Of a DNA stretch of 64,000 nucleotides, positions 62,773-64,000 are shown piece by piece. The notes beneath the pieces are model-generated. The model had not been told where the DNA came from and did no database searches. It saw nothing but the letters and a program-made list of their open reading frames with translations. Source of the DNA: Escherichia phage AV125; sequence record OR352955.1; one strand, given 5' to 3'. The translations under genes and the position numbers were made by a program. Within the stretch, counting starts at the first letter, position 1. Every line of letters begins with the position of its first letter.

Positions 62773-63165
62773 ATGAATCTAAAGACTAAAACTGTATTAG
62801 GTTTTGTTTTAATTGTTGTTCTTATTCTTGCCGGAATGTTTGCTTATAACAAGATACATGAGTCTGGCTACAAAGATGGTGTTGCCTATCAAGCGCAATT
62901 ATATCAAGCAGCCCAAGCAAAAGCAAAACAGGATTTTGATGTTCTTCAAAAAAGAGCAGATGAAGAAAGAGCATTATTAAATACCCAAATAAACAACTTG
63001 TCTAAAAACAATGCACAATTAAAAGCAGATTTAGAGAAGAAGAAACAAACGATCAATGAGGATACAACGAATTATGCAAAAACTAATTCTGGCAGTATGT
63101 CTTGCTTTGCCCCTAATGATGACGGGTTGTTCATCATCAACAAAAGTTTCCCCAGTTCTTATTGA
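62773..63165 (+). CDS. i-spanin (Rz-like inner-membrane spanin)
   Basis: N-terminal TM helix VLGFVLIVVLILAGMFAY then coiled-coil periplasmic domain; contains embedded o-spanin gene in another frame. Confidence 0.65.
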   Translation: MNLKTKTVLGFVLIVVLILAGMFAYNKIHESGYKDGVAYQAQLYQAAQAKAKQDFDVLQKRADEERALLNTQINNLSKNNAQLKADLEKKKQTINEDTTNYAKTNSGSMSCFAPNDDGLFIINKSFPSSY

Positions 63166-63400
63166 TGAGTGTAAGGCTGTAGCCATAGAAAAGGTTAAAG
63201 GTCCAGATTCGGATTTGATGGATAAAGTATCGACACCTGTGCCATACACTAAAAATCAAATTGCAAAAGGGGTTAGTAGATCTGAAGTTGTTAACAACCA
63301 AACTCAAAACAACGCTCTTTGGGAGCAAGATAGACGAAAGGTTTTAGGTTTACAAACATATATTAAAACACTGCAAGAAAAAGGTATTATTGCTGAATAA
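63074..63400 (+). CDS. o-spanin (Rz1-like outer-membrane lipoprotein)
   Basis: MQKLILAVCLALPLMMTGCSSS lipoprotein signal with lipobox Cys; starts inside i-spanin gene in a different frame. Confidence 0.6.
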   Translation: MQKLILAVCLALPLMMTGCSSSTKVSPVLIDECKAVAIEKVKGPDSDLMDKVSTPVPYTKNQIAKGVSRSEVVNNQTQNNALWEQDRRKVLGLQTYIKTLQEKGIIAE

Positions 63401-63409
63401 GGAGGGAAT

Positions 63410-64000
63410 GTGGCAAAGAAAAAGGCAGCAGGTAGTTTAGCTGGAGTAGATATTGAAGTAAAGGCTCAACCAGGTAAACAGACTCTTGCAATGGATTTAA
63501 TGCCAGAAGTTATGATTTATGGTGGTGCCGCTGGATGTGTTTCTGCTGAAACGGAATATCTTACAAAAGATGGTTGGAAACAGATTAGTGAATATTCGGG
63601 AGAGGATATTTACCAATACAACCCTAAGAATAAGCGTTTAGAATTGGTAACACCTTACTTTGTAGAATACGATTTAAATGGAGATAATCTATACAGAATA
63701 ACAAATGGTGTAGGATTGTTCCAAGAACTTAGTATGGAACACCGTTTTGTATTCTATAAGAAAAAGAAATCAAAGAAACATTTCGAGATTCTTGTAGGAG
63801 ATCTTATTGCATTACAGCAAATAGGAAAACCCCTGCAAGGTTATGTAGAAAATCCATTCGGTAAACGTGTTCCTTTTAACATACCTGGTAAAAAGAGCAC
63901 TTACTTAAAAATACACGAGGTTATTTCAACAGATGATAAGAAATATTGTTTTGAGACTCCAAGCAGCTATATTGTCTTTAGACGTGGCGATCACTGCTTC
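63410..64000 (+). CDS. P-loop NTPase (possibly terminase large subunit) interrupted by an intein; 5' portion, continues past window
   Basis: N-extein ...EVMIYGGAAG then CVSAETEYLTKDGWKQI (compare intein block A of DnaE intein CLSYETEILT) and EHRFVF (block B-like TxxH); GTG start after RBS AAGGAGGG; no stop before window end. Confidence 0.55.
   Translation, partial: MAKKKAAGSLAGVDIEVKAQPGKQTLAMDLMPEVMIYGGAAGCVSAETEYLTKDGWKQISEYSGEDIYQYNPKNKRLELVTPYFVEYDLNGDNLYRITNGVGLFQELSMEHRFVFYKKKKSKKHFEILVGDLIALQQIGKPLQGYVENPFGKRVPFNIPGKKSTYLKIHEVISTDDKKYCFETPSSYIVFRRGDHCF

Noticed and set aside
62652-62789. Alternative 45-aa ORF overlapping the i-spanin start
   Set aside because: The ORF at 62552..62728 has a much stronger RBS and promoter context; only one of the two overlapping frames is likely to be real.

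Overview
The window reads as part of a large virulent, T4-like dsDNA phage genome (about 38-40% GC, tightly packed genes). Layout: (1) 1-21.1 kb, a plus-strand block of about 60 small early-type genes driven by sigma70-like promoters (TTGACA-N17/18-TAnnAT), interrupted by a 1.5-kb ORF-free, repeat-rich region (2135-3648); (2) 21.1-58.4 kb, a minus-strand block with nucleotide metabolism (class I RNR NrdA/NrdB, glutaredoxin, ThyX-like, MazG-like, HAD nucleotidase), DNA ligase, a split RNA-repair-like set (Pnk-type kinase, second KxNG ligase, metallophosphoesterase), DexA-like and FEN/RNase H-like nucleases, three homing endonucleases, two methyltransferase-like genes, Sir2-like and HslV-like proteins, PhoH, a T4-type lysozyme and a complete dTDP-L-rhamnose rmlBACD set; (3) 58.9-62.0 kb, a tRNA cluster (11 well-formed tRNAs plus 3 aberrant tRNA-like elements) with internal promoters; (4) 62.1-64.0 kb, a spanin pair and the start of an intein-containing P-loop gene. 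Most striking candidates for undescribed biology: a seven-member paralogous small-protein family scattered through the early block, the phage-borne rhamnose pathway, the split RNA-repair module, and the repeat-rich non-coding region. All calls rest on reading ORFs and motifs by eye; no database search was run.
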